From Tubiluchus corallicola (Eukaryota; Animalia; Priapulida), in contig JAQGDQ010000252.1 in assembly GCA_030141605.1 (NCBI GenBank), positions 1 to 64,000 of the forward strand: a DNA stretch of 64,000 bases. Reading direction: 5' to 3'. Of this stretch, positions 50,701 to 64,000 are shown in pieces (the first letter of the stretch is position 1; each line of letters starts with the position of its first letter). The notes beneath the pieces were generated by a model. It saw nothing but the letters and a program-made list of their open reading frames with translations. It ran no database searches and had not been told where the DNA came from. A program made the position numbers and the translations under genes.

Positions 50701-53700
50701 CAGCTGAAGTAGTGAGTATGGCTGTTGGGGTAGCGAAGTTGGTTTGCTATCGCATTCAAAAACAAGTAGCGACCTAAACGCAGAAGCAAATGTATTACGT
50801 AAAGCATGTTAGCTCAATAAGGCATTAAACTAATCAATTAAGCAGCTGTAACACGATTGAAAATGTAAGACAGGAAGACAATTATAAGGTGACTTGTCTA
50901 ATAGATGCAGACATTTGTTAACGCGAACTTAGCAGCTTTAACCTTAACAGTAGTCTTTTCAGCAACTGTATCTATAAATAGTATCATACTTGTATTGAAT
51001 TTAATAATACGTAAAAATAAATTCCCTCGCCATAACACTGAAGCACGCATGTTACATAACAGTTGCCACAGTGATCGATACGAACACTTACCCTCTGTAT
51101 CTAGATCAACAGCTAAATTTTGGAAGATGTCCATATGAGATGAATGAGTGATTGTGCTCATACTGGGTGTCAAACCTTTGCTGTGAATATAAGCTATTGC
51201 CTGGGTTCCGACGTACAATACTAAAGCATTCATGAGTGGGATGTTATACTTCATTCCTGGTTCACACACCTAAATTAGAAATAAAATTTAAAAATCGCTA
51301 ATTAGAAAAATCTGACTAACAACATATAGACACCTTTAAGAAAATGAATAATCAGAATGCTTGCCAATTCGAGTGTGTTTAGGGTGCAGTCTTGTTTAAA
51401 CAGTTATAAACCCTTTCATATTTTACAAAGCAATATAAAAACAATTTTTAGAAAATATGTTAGCACACAAAATATTTCCGTTAATAACTACCAAAATATG
51501 AAGTATTTCGTGTTTGATTAATCGATGTTTTATCAAACTGACTAGTGATATACAATACAGTTTGGTTTTTGAAAATTCATAAATTTATGCAAAATTTGTA
51601 TGAAAAGTTACTGGTTGATATTACTACATACCTGCAAGTTTGTCCTGAGTTCACTCAAGAATGTGACTGGGCTACGAGTCTTGATGTACGAGTCAAGATC
51701 TTTCTTAAAGCTGGCTGGCTGTATGGTGTTAACAAAATTGGTAAGAATGCGAGGTGAATGGTTGATTTCTTGCAGCATGTCCACCTGGATACATACATGA
51801 AGAAACACAAATAAAAATGTTTAAATAGAATGTTAGTCTCAAAATGATGCACAAGTTCTGTATGACCTGCTGAATCATGTACCATACTCTAGAAATGAAG
51901 CAGGCTTGGAAAATTCTGTAATTCAACCCAGGCAAGCTTTAGATATAAGCCAGGAAATGCTTTTCTGCACTTTCAGCCATTTTTGGGGCTTTAATGAAAT
52001 GTACATAATCCAAAACTAATTTTTTTTGTCAATTGTAATAAACTAGCAGTTTTGTAGTCTTTTTGAAATTTTTTGTGGATCAAACTTTACCTAGTAATTT
52101 AATTTCTCTTAATCCAATTTGATCTAAAGATAAGATCTGCTCACTTGACTTAGCAGCCTCTACAATCCATAAGAATGCAGTATGTATGAGAAAACTCTTC
52201 CGTGAGTAATATTATATGAACAATACAAACAAGTTTACATTTTGGTTTTAAAGACTTAACAGTTTTTTCACAAAAAATACCTAACAGTTTTTCCTAGAAA
52301 TAAAATCAACTGGCATAAGTAAAAGACAAACCTTTAGATTGGGGGTAAATGGATCAGGCAGTCTCATGTTACGAGGGAAGGCACTAAGAATCAAGTTGCG
52401 CATTTGAATGCAGTTAGGAGGAATCACATCACAGAAGCCGTAATGGTAATCACAAAGAAATTCCGGAAAATCATGCAGCAGTACCAGTAATGTGCGCAGT
52501 GTGCCCTGAAATAAACAAACCATAAATCTAATTATACATGTATGCTTGATGATACCAAATATTTTTCCTATTTCAGCAACACGACGAAGACTCTTTAAAA
52601 CTTGAAAGCTTGGCACTAAAGAATTTTTATTGGACATTACAATAGTTTTTTCAGTGCTATAATAGAATATATTATTAATTACTAATTACTGGTTTAATGC
52701 TGAGTTTTCTACTTTGAGCAAATTAGCAATGCCTCGCAGATGCGTAAACTTGCAGTGGTCTGAAGCTATCAAGTTCGAACGAAGAGCCTCATTTATTTGA
52801 GTTAGTTGGCTCTAGTAGTATACGAAAGCAGATGTTCTGCATTCATGGAATCATCTGATATGAAAATTGCAGTTAAAGGATTGCTAAGGTCATTATAATT
52901 AAAACAAAGTCTTGCCAAATTATAAACCAAAAAAACATGGTGGGATTTAACATTACATTTCAGTCTACATACAAGAGAAACAGCGGTCAAATTTTTCGAA
53001 AACTCTACACAGAATTAAAATAATAACACAAAGTTCAAAAAACAACACCACCAATGTACCAAAGATAAAACAGATTATCTACAGCAATAAGCTTATGCAA
53101 AAAATTACCTTGTAGAGTAGATGGACTGGTTTCGTTAGCTCGGCATTGCGCAGAAATGGAACCATGAACTTGAACAGATCTACCAGCAACTGGGCATACA
53201 TACCCCATGCCTACAAAGTAATTCGCAAGAACAGTTTGACAGAATGATGCCCGTAGTTTTTGTACATTTTGGGAAAATAAAACAGCCATCTCTAAACAAC
53301 ACATGTAATTATGTAAGCATAAAAGATACAAACCTTTTGCTGAGCAGTATTAGCAAGCATTCTAGCCAAAAACACCCGATGAGAGACAACTTCCAACCAG
53401 GCGTAAGCAAACCCTGGAGCCTTCGCAGGTCTTAAGATGTGCAATGTGTTACTAAGATATAGAATATAATATCTCATTAATAAATTATAGACATAAAAAC
53501 ACACTGGATTATGTAAAAAGTGTATAAAATTCAGGTACCTTTGAAAGTACAAAAAATATACCTATTTAAAATAGCTCTCACTTTATCTCGTAAGCAAATG
53601 TTTCTTTCCTGGCCAGTTGCAAATGTCAAGAGTGTTTTATTATTATTATTGTTGTCAACAAATAAGACACCCAGATTTTATATTCTTTATACAAAACAGA

Positions 53701-56700
53701 TTTGTTAAAAATGTCCTTATTTCAAATACATAGCCAATAGATTAAATCCTTCACAACTATGAATATTTGGGCAGTTTTTTCATCCTCAAACAAAGGGTGT
53801 TTATAACTGTATCAGATACCATTGCAAACCTAGGTACTTTCTGAGAGGGAATTAAATTTTATTTCTAGCGATCTAAATTTAACGTATAGATTTTTTATAT
53901 TCAATTAGTAATCAGCTGGATAATTCAAAAAGTTTGCAAAAATTTCTCATAGTTTTCATTTCATCATCTTCTTGCTTCCCAATGATAGATTGTATCTTAA
54001 ACTGTTCAACAAGAAAACTGTAGAGAATTTATTTCTGTGCAAAAATTCGTAAAAACGTTCAAATCGCTCTAACTTTGTATATTTTTTCAGCTGCTAAAAC
54101 GTGCCAAGATATTATAAAATTTGCTCACACTTGAGCACAAAGCAAAGTTTTTTCCTAAAGTTTGCAAAAAACTGGACAGTGGAAGGTTTAGTTAACAAGG
54201 AATTGTTGTTGCCCGTCACAGATGACGGGTAAATGTATGTACCCATTGGGAAGGTGTTTAATAAAAACAATATGCACGACCATACAGATTTGTGATGTAG
54301 CATCAAGCGTAAATTACCAAAATGCGGTCAAAACTTGAAAGTTGATAGCCTCCAGAATAGGTTCAGGAGCATTAAGTTCAAGAAACAGCAGGATAAAAAT
54401 TCGATGGTACGGCAGCTGCTGATACTCTGTACCTCGTACCTCGTGGTCCTGCAACAGTACTCCGGCAACTATACCTAAAACCTAAAACAAGCACATAATT
54501 TGTGAAAAAATGCTGCAATGAAAGAGCCAGTATCTATCTCCAAGTTCAATGGTATCATCTCTAAAATGATATAATGAACTTGCAAAGGTACAGCTCTTGT
54601 TTTGGATTTATAGAAAACCCTCTTAAACAAGAGAAGCAGTTGGTAGCAATGGTAAGTGAGCCCCCCAGGAGTGATTTTTTGGCACTAATACAGTTACTAA
54701 TGAGGCCATCTTACAGTATTGTTTAACTTTAGTTTTAGTCGCCAAGTACATACTGTGACTACTCAGCTATTCGTCTTGCTCCCGACATTGTGCATGTTTT
54801 TTCAATCAACATAAAATGTTGAGTAAGCAGTGTTAAGTACCATGTAGAGTACATATTTTTCAACTATGCAGACAGAATGTGCTCATCAGAGTTATTATCG
54901 CAATTACATTTTTGTTTCGGTTTGCCGATAACTGCACTTTCAGTTCAGTTTCGGTTTCGTCAAAGTTATTAAGTTTCATAGCCGAAAATCTGGGTAATTT
55001 TTAGTAGTATTTTTCCAAGGTTTTAGTAGCATTCATCCAGTTCACCTTCCTCTTTTCTCCTAGTCGTTAAATCTCTGCTAAAATAGTTCAAATTTTTAGT
55101 GTACCGTGCATGCTAAAAATCAGCTTTTATGGCATTTCTTCAGTATCGACGACTGTGAAGCTTCAAGGTCATCAGACACAATTAAACAAGTTTATTTTAA
55201 TAATTTATGAAAAATAGGCAGTAAACTATTAGCAAAATAAATGCTATTTTTGTTTATTTTTAAATAAATGTTTATTTTATTTTTTTAAAAATTTAGTTCT
55301 GGAAGGTTTTAGCTGCAGTTCTAGAACTGAGCTATCAATTGAATTTCAGGGTTCTAGTTCTAGTTCAGCTGTTATGTAATACAAATTTTTGTTGGCTAGC
55401 CATTTTGACAAATTTGCATCACAGCAAATAAAAGCCAACGGGCAAAAACAATTTTTTTTCGTATTTTAGAATTTTGTTTTTTTTCAGTTTTAATAAAAGC
55501 TGGTTTTGCAAAAATGATTTTGGTTCAGTTTCATTTCTCCATCAGTTTCCTACATTTCATAAATTTTGGTTTCTGTTTCACTCTGCAACTTCAATTTCGG
55601 TAACACCTGATTCCACAGCGACTACATAGCAATGATTTTTGACATTTGAAATGAAATTTGTGATTTTAGTGCTGCAGATGTGACCCTCGCTTTGAATTTC
55701 AGTTTTGTACTCAGCTTTAACACAATATATTTCCTCTGATGCCATATAATTTCGTGCAATAGTAAATCATTACCTATTAAGTTACATTCCTTGTCTGAAA
55801 AAGTGATATTCAAAAACAGAAGATTCACGATGAACTTCATCAAATACACAGGTTAACCATGAAAATGAGAAAATTACGTGGAAATAGCAAATTTACTGCT
55901 TTTGGAATTAACAAAAAAAAGGAAATTTGAAATCTGCTACCTTGTTCAGCAAGTTGATTTTAGTTACAGTGCTGTTCACATCGCCTGAGTGCTTGACCAG
56001 AAGAGCGATCAGTCTCACATAGGCGTCCAGTGTGTGGAAACATTTGGCTCTGACAAGGGTAGGAGAGTGGTTGCTATCACTGAGAGCACGATAAGTTAGA
56101 TCTACACACATCTCAGTACACAAGCGAAAGAAACGTGTAATTAAGTCGTCTGTCTTTAATATTCCTTGCTGATGCATCTGTGAATACAAAGGTAAATAAT
56201 AGCTGGCTCAGTAACAGTCAAAATGTTCTGGATCTGTTCTGAATTTAAATACAACATTATCATGTGTATAAAATTTTTCCGTTACTCAGTGATATAAGTT
56301 ATTAAAAGAAATCATCACAAAGCAGACCTCTATTAATTGTTGATAATCTTAATTTTGCTACTATAAATCAATTGTGCTACAAACTCACAATTTTACGTTT
56401 TTAAACCAAATCTTGCACCTTAATAACAGCCATAATTTAATCGAAGGAAATGTGCATATCAGATTTGACCGTTGATTTGAACTGGATACCCGGAGCAAAT
56501 CTGTTGCATTGCATGCCGTGAAAGCATATAGAAGGCATAAATATTGCAAAAAGTAAGAACTTGAAAGCCTCTATTATACTGCGCTTGTTTCATCTAGCAT
56601 AAAAGAGACGTGGTGTGCAAAAAATGAATTTGGGCTTTGTTACTTCATAGACTCCATTGCATACACCACTAGATGTAGGGCCTTCAGAAAGCAAGGGATA

Positions 56701-59700
56701 CTTTTGGTTTTAAAGATACAAAATCAGTATCATAACCTCACTTATTGCAATGTTATTTAAAAAATTTACTTAACCAACACGAACGACTAGGTCTCCACCC
56801 TCCAGTCATGATTAGCAACATCTCTGTTACACTTTAGCATCACATCAAACCCACACTAGCAATCCGAGTAGTTCCCACCTGTTCACTCACATTGCTGTGA
56901 AAATCTAATAATACACATTTTCATACTCACCTGGGCAACGAAAGCTGGAAAAGCTTTGGTACTGTCACGTCCAGCAGCAGGGGCATGGTACATATTAACC
57001 CATTCTCTGAGTAAAAACTCTGCTTTCTCATGCAAGCCTGGGGGATCATCAAATTGATCCCGTGCTTGAGATATCCCTGAGTGCATCATGCTCGTTGGAC
57101 CTCCCGGAGCCTTGTCCAGCATACCACCATCGACGTTTGACCGCACCATTTCCATTAGTGTTTGCAGGCCTTCGGGGGGTTGCCGGTAGTGCACAGCTAT
57201 TCTAGTCAGCTGCTCGATAGTATTAGCAAGATCAGCCTGCAAAACCAAATTAATTTCAACTTTGCTGAATTGCTCAGCAATACATAGTACTAATTATATA
57301 AATTACATCCTATAATGATTTAAACTAAAATACTTTTGGAGAATACAAATATTTTCCCTTGTTTATTCCAGAATTTATACTGCACCAAAAGAATATTACG
57401 AAGAAAACTCTTAAAAAGGTGGAACAGGTCAAGTCCACTAGATGTCAAGAGATGTTCCTTAAAGATCATCACATTTCCTACATTCTGTCCTGCTTTAAAT
57501 GTAAAATTTTTATGCTACGGGATCAGAAGACTTATTGTCGCTTGATTTCTTCGTGCAAAAATTAGGAAACAGCTGGCATCCACTACAGTATCTAGAACAT
57601 GACACTATCATAGGCAGAAACATCTTCTTTCCTGATATTCTAAGCATATGCCAGGTGATGCGAAAAATGTACCAAAATTTTGTTTATAATAATACAAAAA
57701 GAAAAAATAATGGAAATGTATGAAAATCAACATACTGATGTTACAGGCGCTTATGTATAAGCACTAAAAAATTTAAATCATTTCCTCAGATTAGTTCAAA
57801 GACATAAAAATTCAAAATCAAGAGGTGAAAATAATTAATGTCGAAAAAATGTCACTATTGTTAAAATTTACATCAAGTGCTCCAAGAGGTATTTAGTTGT
57901 AATACTCGAAATTTTTTTCTTTTATTTCTCTGTATCAAATATTCTGTGCAGCCGTCATACACTTACTCTTTAAAGGATTCCAGATGCTGCAACCCAGAGG
58001 ATTATGCCCAATTTTTCCTTCATAAATCTTTGTCAATACTTACCTTGTGGAGATTATGATGTAAATTGGTTGATTTCTTTATTGTTATGTTAATGCCATG
58101 TATTGATAATTTTGTATGTCAACAAGGCTATTTTTCAATGGATGATTAGCTGATATTGTTCTGACATTTAATTTTTTAACCTGCAAGACTTTTTCAGACA
58201 TAACTTAAAAACTACTAAAGCTATAAACTTATTTTTGCAGTGAAAAGTTAATGTATTGTAGTATCACACGTTATGAAAATTCAACATTGTAGAGCACTTA
58301 CTTCTAAAAGTTACTGTAATCTAAATTCTGCATATTTTTTCAGTGATAACCTGATATAAGATTTTGGAATCACCTGCACAAAAAACTCTTAGTATGACAA
58401 AAACAGCATCTCAATTTGTTACCCAGAAAAGTGGTAACACTATCAATATTTAGGAACAAACACATGAATTAGTTGCTGCAAAAGTTCTGGTTTATAGACA
58501 TTTCTTTATAGACATACTTCAGTCACTGGGGTGTTGTGTTTTTCGTCCAAACAGTATAGTTTAACCAGCTGCATAGCAAATGCCACTGCCATGAAGTTCA
58601 TACCATTCTCCAATGACTGAAATAAATATGAAAGTTTAGTAAAAAAAACTAGTTAAACTTGAACTTCTGTTCAAGGGACTCGCTGAGCTCAAGAATGTGG
58701 ACTAGAAATGACATAAATGTCAAATTCTTGAATTTAAGATGGCAAATCAAAAATCCGAATCTGTCAATCGATGCAGAATTTATTCTAGCAGGCCCTATAT
58801 TCCTGAGGAATTACATGATGATCCAATGCAAATTGACAGAGCACAGATTTTGCTCTAGAATGATGTTATTGTTGTCATCTGGAATTCAAGATGGGAAATC
58901 AAAAATCCCACTCTGTCAATTTGTTCCAGAAATTTTTTTAAGTTTCACGATAATAACTTGCAAACTGGCGAGACTTAAGATTTTTCTGAAAATATGTTTT
59001 CACAGCCGCTTGAATTCAAAATAGCTGACCAAAAATATGACTCCATCAATCGATGTGAAATTCATTCTAGTATATTCCTGTAGAGTTTTATGGCACAGCG
59101 AAATCTTGCAAAGTTTAGGTTTTTTCGAAAATTAGATTATCGCCGACATGTTGAATTTAAAATGGCGGATGGAAAATAGATGTGGATGTGGAATTCATTC
59201 TAGAGTATATTAAAGTGAAGTTTCATTTCAATCTACAGCAAATTCACGGAGCCTTAGGCTTTTTTTCAAAGGAGCCTAACCCTAGCAGCATGAACAAGAA
59301 CAACAACATGTAGTAATTTGATGGAGTTCCTCGACCAATAACAAAATGAAAAACACTTCTCGTATACAACATTTCACTAAAACTACATAAAATATAATCT
59401 CTGAACTGTTCAATGTTCTGTCATCATTAATGAACAAGAAAGCTAAACAATTAAGAATACAAAATCATGTCCGTGTCAGCAAAAGAAGATTTATAAGCAT
59501 TACCTGTGCGAGGTGTAAATCATACTGCTGCATGTTAATAAGATGGCTCCTTATAAGGCAGTCAACTGCATCAAGGCTGTACTTGTATTTTTCTCGACTC
59601 TCCGCTAAATACCTGCAAAATAAAGTTAATTACAAACAGTTTAGACAGGTAAAATTTTAGATTGTGGTCCAAATCGAATATTATAGTTTTAGCCATAATT

Positions 59701-62700
59701 TAGTTATATTTCTTCTAGTGAGGGATCAATATATCAGACTGTACCGGAACTGGTGTCGGTATAACCATTTTGGTCAATTCATTAATAGAAGAATTAATAA
59801 GCATAATCAAACATTTAAAGGGAGTCTACATAATCAATTGCTGGCACATAGCGGCATAATATTACTGTGATATATATGGGTTCACCTAGTTCAGTAGTTC
59901 ATACGTAGTACACGTGTACATATAAATTGTTATAGTAATTGTTAAAGTGACTAGACATCTACTACCCTTGATATTGTACAATATTCATGAATTGTACATG
60001 TAAGCATTAGTATGTACCTTCCTAAATTCTAAATTCTTAGATTAGTTAATTTCCGATGAAATTATGGGCCTAAAAATTAGCTTTGCTACTAGTGATGCTC
60101 CAGATATCAGTTTCATATCTAAAAATCGTGATATTTGTGACATTTTGCAGCTAATTGTATCCAATATTATCCGTTACTTACAAAACTTTGATATTCGTAA
60201 ATATTTGCTAATTCGGCTTTTGCAATATGCTATTGAAAATGTTTTTCGAATAATTCAACAGCCGAAAATAAATAAATAAAACATTACCCAAAAACTCAGA
60301 GATCGCTTTAGGCTGTGTTTGCGTCTGTCAAAAATCTTACGCACACTTTCTTTTCGTTTGTGTAATATAATATTACCTAAGTTTCTCATGCCCATGTGTC
60401 AGGCATATTCTTACACATTATTTAAAATTAAACAGCAAATCTGCAGGCAAAACTAGAAAAGTTGGTTTGGTTACCTAGTAACGTGCTTGTTAACCCACTC
60501 TGGCCCATATGCTCGTGGGTCTTGTAGAGTCTTCAACACAAGCAGGTGAGCATCGCGCAGTTGTATTAGCATTTCTGGTTCTGTACCAGGACTACTCGTA
60601 AGACTAAAACTCTCCATTAAGCCTTCAACAGCCTAGAAAACAAATACATTTTTCTCGTCTTTGAAATAAATAAGCAATAAATAAAAAAGCCTAAAGTATG
60701 TCTAAATTGTTATTGTCATTGCTAGCTAGTTATAACCCTTTTGCTGGCAAATTAATGCATTTTTTCATAAAAAATGGGCAAATAAAATTTTCGAAAATAA
60801 GTTATGTTACAGAATCGTGTTTAAAAGTCTATAAAGAATAACAATGTGTTTACTATCACTTACCTATCTATGTTTTGATCCTACACAAGATAATTAGTAC
60901 TAGCATTAGGTCCAGCTACAGCAATGTCACTATAGCTAAAGTGCAAGCTGACTACTATTACATTACCTCATCACTGCTATCACTAGAAGACTACAAGTAA
61001 TCACTCACATTTATATATATATATATATATATATCACTTTCAACAAAATCACTTTGTACAATCTCTCTGCACCATTTGCTGCATTCTTACATGCCGCCAT
61101 GATTACTATGTCCAAACAAAACAAACATGCAACACGTGATTCCTAACGATATATTAGCAACTTTTTGCATAAGTAATGAGGTCAAGAGAAACCTGAAAGG
61201 GCTGTTAGGAAACATAAAATCTGTTAGTAAAGCCTGCACAAACGATCCCTGCAGATCGTAAACCTTTCAGCAGAAGCAAAGCAACAAAAAGTCGCTCTGT
61301 CCGCGAACAAGTAAATGGAAAAAAGTCGTTCTGTCTGTAAGAGTTAAAACAAACAAAATTTATAACGGGCCCACTTCTGCAAGCTTTTTAAAACAAAGCC
61401 AGCCACACTTCATGGTCTTTCACAGCTAACGTCCATATAATTTTCAGAAAAATTTAGCAACTGAGTATAACTAACTGTCTGGACCATTCATAAACTATGC
61501 AGGCAGTATACTTTAATGCCTCAAATAACTTATTAATGTTAAACATGAAACAACAGTTTAAATGCACTAAACCACCTTCTGTAGTAATGCCAAGCCACTG
61601 ATAACATCTCGAGTCTGTCTCACAAGTATTACGGCATCTAGCAAAGACCTCATAGCTGCTGTACTGGGGTCGTTAGGTGGTACAGTTCCCAGGTTACTCT
61701 GAATAAAACCTGTGATAGTTTCCAAGCAACGGTCAAACAAAGGAGACACCTCTTCACCTGATGGAATGTGCGGCTGTTGAGTAATCTGCTGCTGCTGAAA
61801 GTAGAAGTGATGTGCCGATTAGAACTCATAGACTGTAAGTTGTACACATAATAACATCAATTTTCTTTTTTATCAATTCAAGAGCTACAAAATCCTCATA
61901 TAATCTTTCTAAATTGCCTAGTTTTATTAGAAGTTTTACATTTGATTTACATTTCTAAGGAGGAGTTCTCAGAGTAGAATAACCAGTGTTGTACTTACCA
62001 ATGGCGGGGGTCGGGCTAGGTTGGCTGACTGCACAACTTCATTTGTAGGCATGAAGCCCGGAATGTTACGAGCAAATTCTTCATACACTGCAATCTGCCC
62101 AGCCGTGACTCCACCCACCTAATAGAAAAAACACAAGGGTAATACATTTAAATCAAATATATAAATAACCGCAAAATGCATTTATTTTAGGTAAATAGCT
62201 AGTAGCGAAGCAATACAAATTCACACTAGCAAGTCCACTTCCTGATTTTTCGCCTAATATCTTATTTATGGCCATGAAACAGCACTTGAGCTTGCCTCAC
62301 AAACGTAAGTAGTAGGTAACTTTCCAAAGTTGTTGTCTGTATTCAAAAGAGAAAGAAAGTTAGACATAAAATATCACAAACCTTCATATGAATTTTCTCC
62401 GGCATTCTTTCAGCCTGATACGTCAGCACAATAGGATCACAGTAACGACGCCCCTCATTCCGTGCCTGCTTTCGCAGCTCAAATTCATTCTGAAGTCTCT
62501 TGTCCATCTCAGGAATGGCTTTCTCAACTGCTGATTTCTGAATAAAGCTGCAAGCTAGCTCCACGTTGTCGCCGGCAACCATCTGGGCAGTTTGCTCGAT
62601 AACTTCCTTCTGTACTTGCGTGGAACTCGACTAAAAAGCAAAGAATTTTTTCACAACAATTTAACATTGACGATAACATAACCTATGCTAAGATTTTTCT

Positions 62701-63854
62701 TGAAACTGTGAGTAATACAATTTCATATCCTTATAACTAAAGTACCGATGAAAACTGTTTCAACTATCTAGAATTTCCGCATGCATTGTTGTGCAATGTT
62801 TATGATGAACTAAGTTAGAAAATCCACAAAAAGTTTGGCATGCACATTTCTTTAAAATACAAACTGCTACTACATGCCTTTGTGTGTTCAAAATTGATTT
62901 GATTATGAATTTATACGTGTTAACCCATAATATGCGGAAATACATCCGTTCCTAAAATTAACAAACATGCTTGCACATGACAGAAATCTATCTGATGTGA
63001 TAGAAACATAGATGTACCCCTTTAAAGCTTTGTTTGGCATACTAGTTTGTGTAAGATGACAGCACACTACATGAACAGATGGACAGTATAAACTTAGCAG
63101 CATGGATAGGTGGAAACTGTCATATATAACGATAAAAATAGCCATACATACTCTAAGTGCTAAACCAAACTGGCTTTTTAGATTGTTGCCAATGCTGATC
63201 AACAAAGGCTCTCTGCATGTGATCATTGCCATGCCCGCTGTCATGTAAGCAACCATGTGCTGTGCTGCTGCACGCATACGCGTCTGTTCATGATCCAGTG
63301 CAAAATCCTATAAAGAAAAGATCTTAAACGCTTTAATCTACGTATACACACTTTTAGAGAAAGCTATTTTGAAAAAACAAGTTTTGCTTATCACAAGACC
63401 AATGACAAATATAATTTGTAGTTGTTCTCGATGATAAATTTTTCATAAAATCAATCAGGTGGCTTGCTAGAAGTCACTCATAAAATGTTTACAGAGTCAA
63501 ATTTAGCTGTAAGGTTTTCTGCTTTAACGCAACTATAATGGGATGAAAACAGTCGCATAAACTTTGCAATGTAATTTTCAAGCACTCAAAATGGAAGATA
63601 AACACGTGGACCAAAATAAAGCAAATGCAGCAAAGGACCCTCGCCTGATACAAAACAAATTTGAAATGTATATATCACTAATAACATATTGATCTAAGCA
63701 AAATCTTGCAAACCTTTTTAACTATCTGCTCGCACGTGGTCAATGCAATTTTGATGGATCTTTCTACTACAGGGTGAAGCAGTTCTTGTACGGCACGTTC
63801 CACAGCGGGACGTACAAACTGCTTCAGCTGCGGATGAGCTTGAAACAATGGCAG
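47784..63854 (-). CDS. CNOT1: CCR4-NOT complex subunit 1, 3' portion (19 exons; gene starts beyond the window end)
   Basis: Exons 63854-63714, 63307-63152, 62630-62382, 62118-61999, 61794-61576, 60632-60475, 59612-59504, 58616-58518, 57236-56931, 56177-55941, 54481-54318, 53451-53334, 53210-53109, 52505-52332, 51784-51632, 51269-51092, 50773-50641, 49297-49163, 47862-47784, all phase-consistent. NOT1 motifs [64 protein letters not shown]. Confidence 0.98.
48230..48500 (-). mobile_element. Tc1/mariner-like transposase relic
   Basis: Minus strand reads [18 protein letters not shown]; the 3' part (tgcttcaatcacagccctcaaaattgtagg) matches 19066-19100. Confidence 0.55.
49862..50580. mobile_element. 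MITE with 33-bp perfect TIR in a CNOT1 intron
   Basis: GGCGCTATTACACTTTCGCACCGCCTAGCTTTT at both ends (inverted), extending imperfectly to ~58 bp; flanks AACCTAGTG/GACCTAGTG. Confidence 0.85.
58648..59345 (+). mobile_element. HINE/DINE-like repeat, near-complete copy
   Basis: AAACTAG start, hairpin CTTGAAC-TTCT-GTTCAAG, three to four internal units (aagatggc...gaattc/tattctag...), AAC tail and 3' GAGTTCCTCGACCAATA. Confidence 0.6.
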
Positions 63855-63934
63855 CTGTAAAAAGTTAAAAACAATAATAGCTGTAAGCTTGAAACAATGG
63901 CAGCTGTAAAAAGTTAAAAACAATAATAGCTGCA
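63837..63934. repeat. 49-bp tandem duplication spanning a CNOT1 3' splice site
   Basis: 63837-63885 and 63886-63934 are identical except for one base. Confidence 0.95.
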
Positions 63935-64000
63935 AAGAGTTGCATCATTAAGTACGATAAAAAAATTGCAAACCGCTATCCGCAGTTAGATGATTAAACT

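Noticed and set aside
53740-54262. piggyBac-like MITE (TTAA-flanked ends, hairpin CCCGTCA..TGACGGG)
   Set aside because: Ends too degenerate to establish TIRs.
47863-63713. Intronic H/ACA snoRNAs (human CNOT1 hosts SNORA46/SNORA50), e.g. the hairpin plus ACA at ~56448-56510 (minus)
   Set aside because: No H box or second hairpin and no recognisable similarity by eye; an Infernal/Rfam search would be needed.

Overview
AT-rich animal (invertebrate-like) nuclear DNA with spliceosomal GT-AG introns; it is not prokaryotic, and most ORFs in the supplied track are spurious or partial exons. Four conserved genes can be reconstructed exon by exon. GALE (+, 11169-21634, 9 coding exons) and MRPL52 (+, 23834-31124, 5 exons) lie on the plus strand. 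Cathepsin A/CTSA (-, 43217-31871, 11 coding exons) and the 3' part of CNOT1 (-, 63854-47784, 19 exons; the gene starts beyond the window) lie on the minus strand. The first 6.4 kb is a large, nearly perfect inverted repeat (arms >=2.3 kb, ~1.7 kb spacer). Each arm carries a TGT...ACA, 5-bp-TSD (Ginger-like) MITE, and the spacer holds an LTR-retrotransposon integrase tail. Introns contain hAT MITEs with 8-bp TSDs, a Buster-type hAT relic with a nested LINE, CR1/L2-like LINE relics, Tc1-like relics, a Helentron-like (HINE) family and a 33-bp-TIR MITE. The best leads are the palindrome, a 49-bp tandem duplication of a CNOT1 splice acceptor that creates a frameshifting decoy, and CLEAR-like E-boxes at a putative CTSA promoter. 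I found no convincing novel protein-coding system. All alignments were done by eye; family assignments are motif-based.
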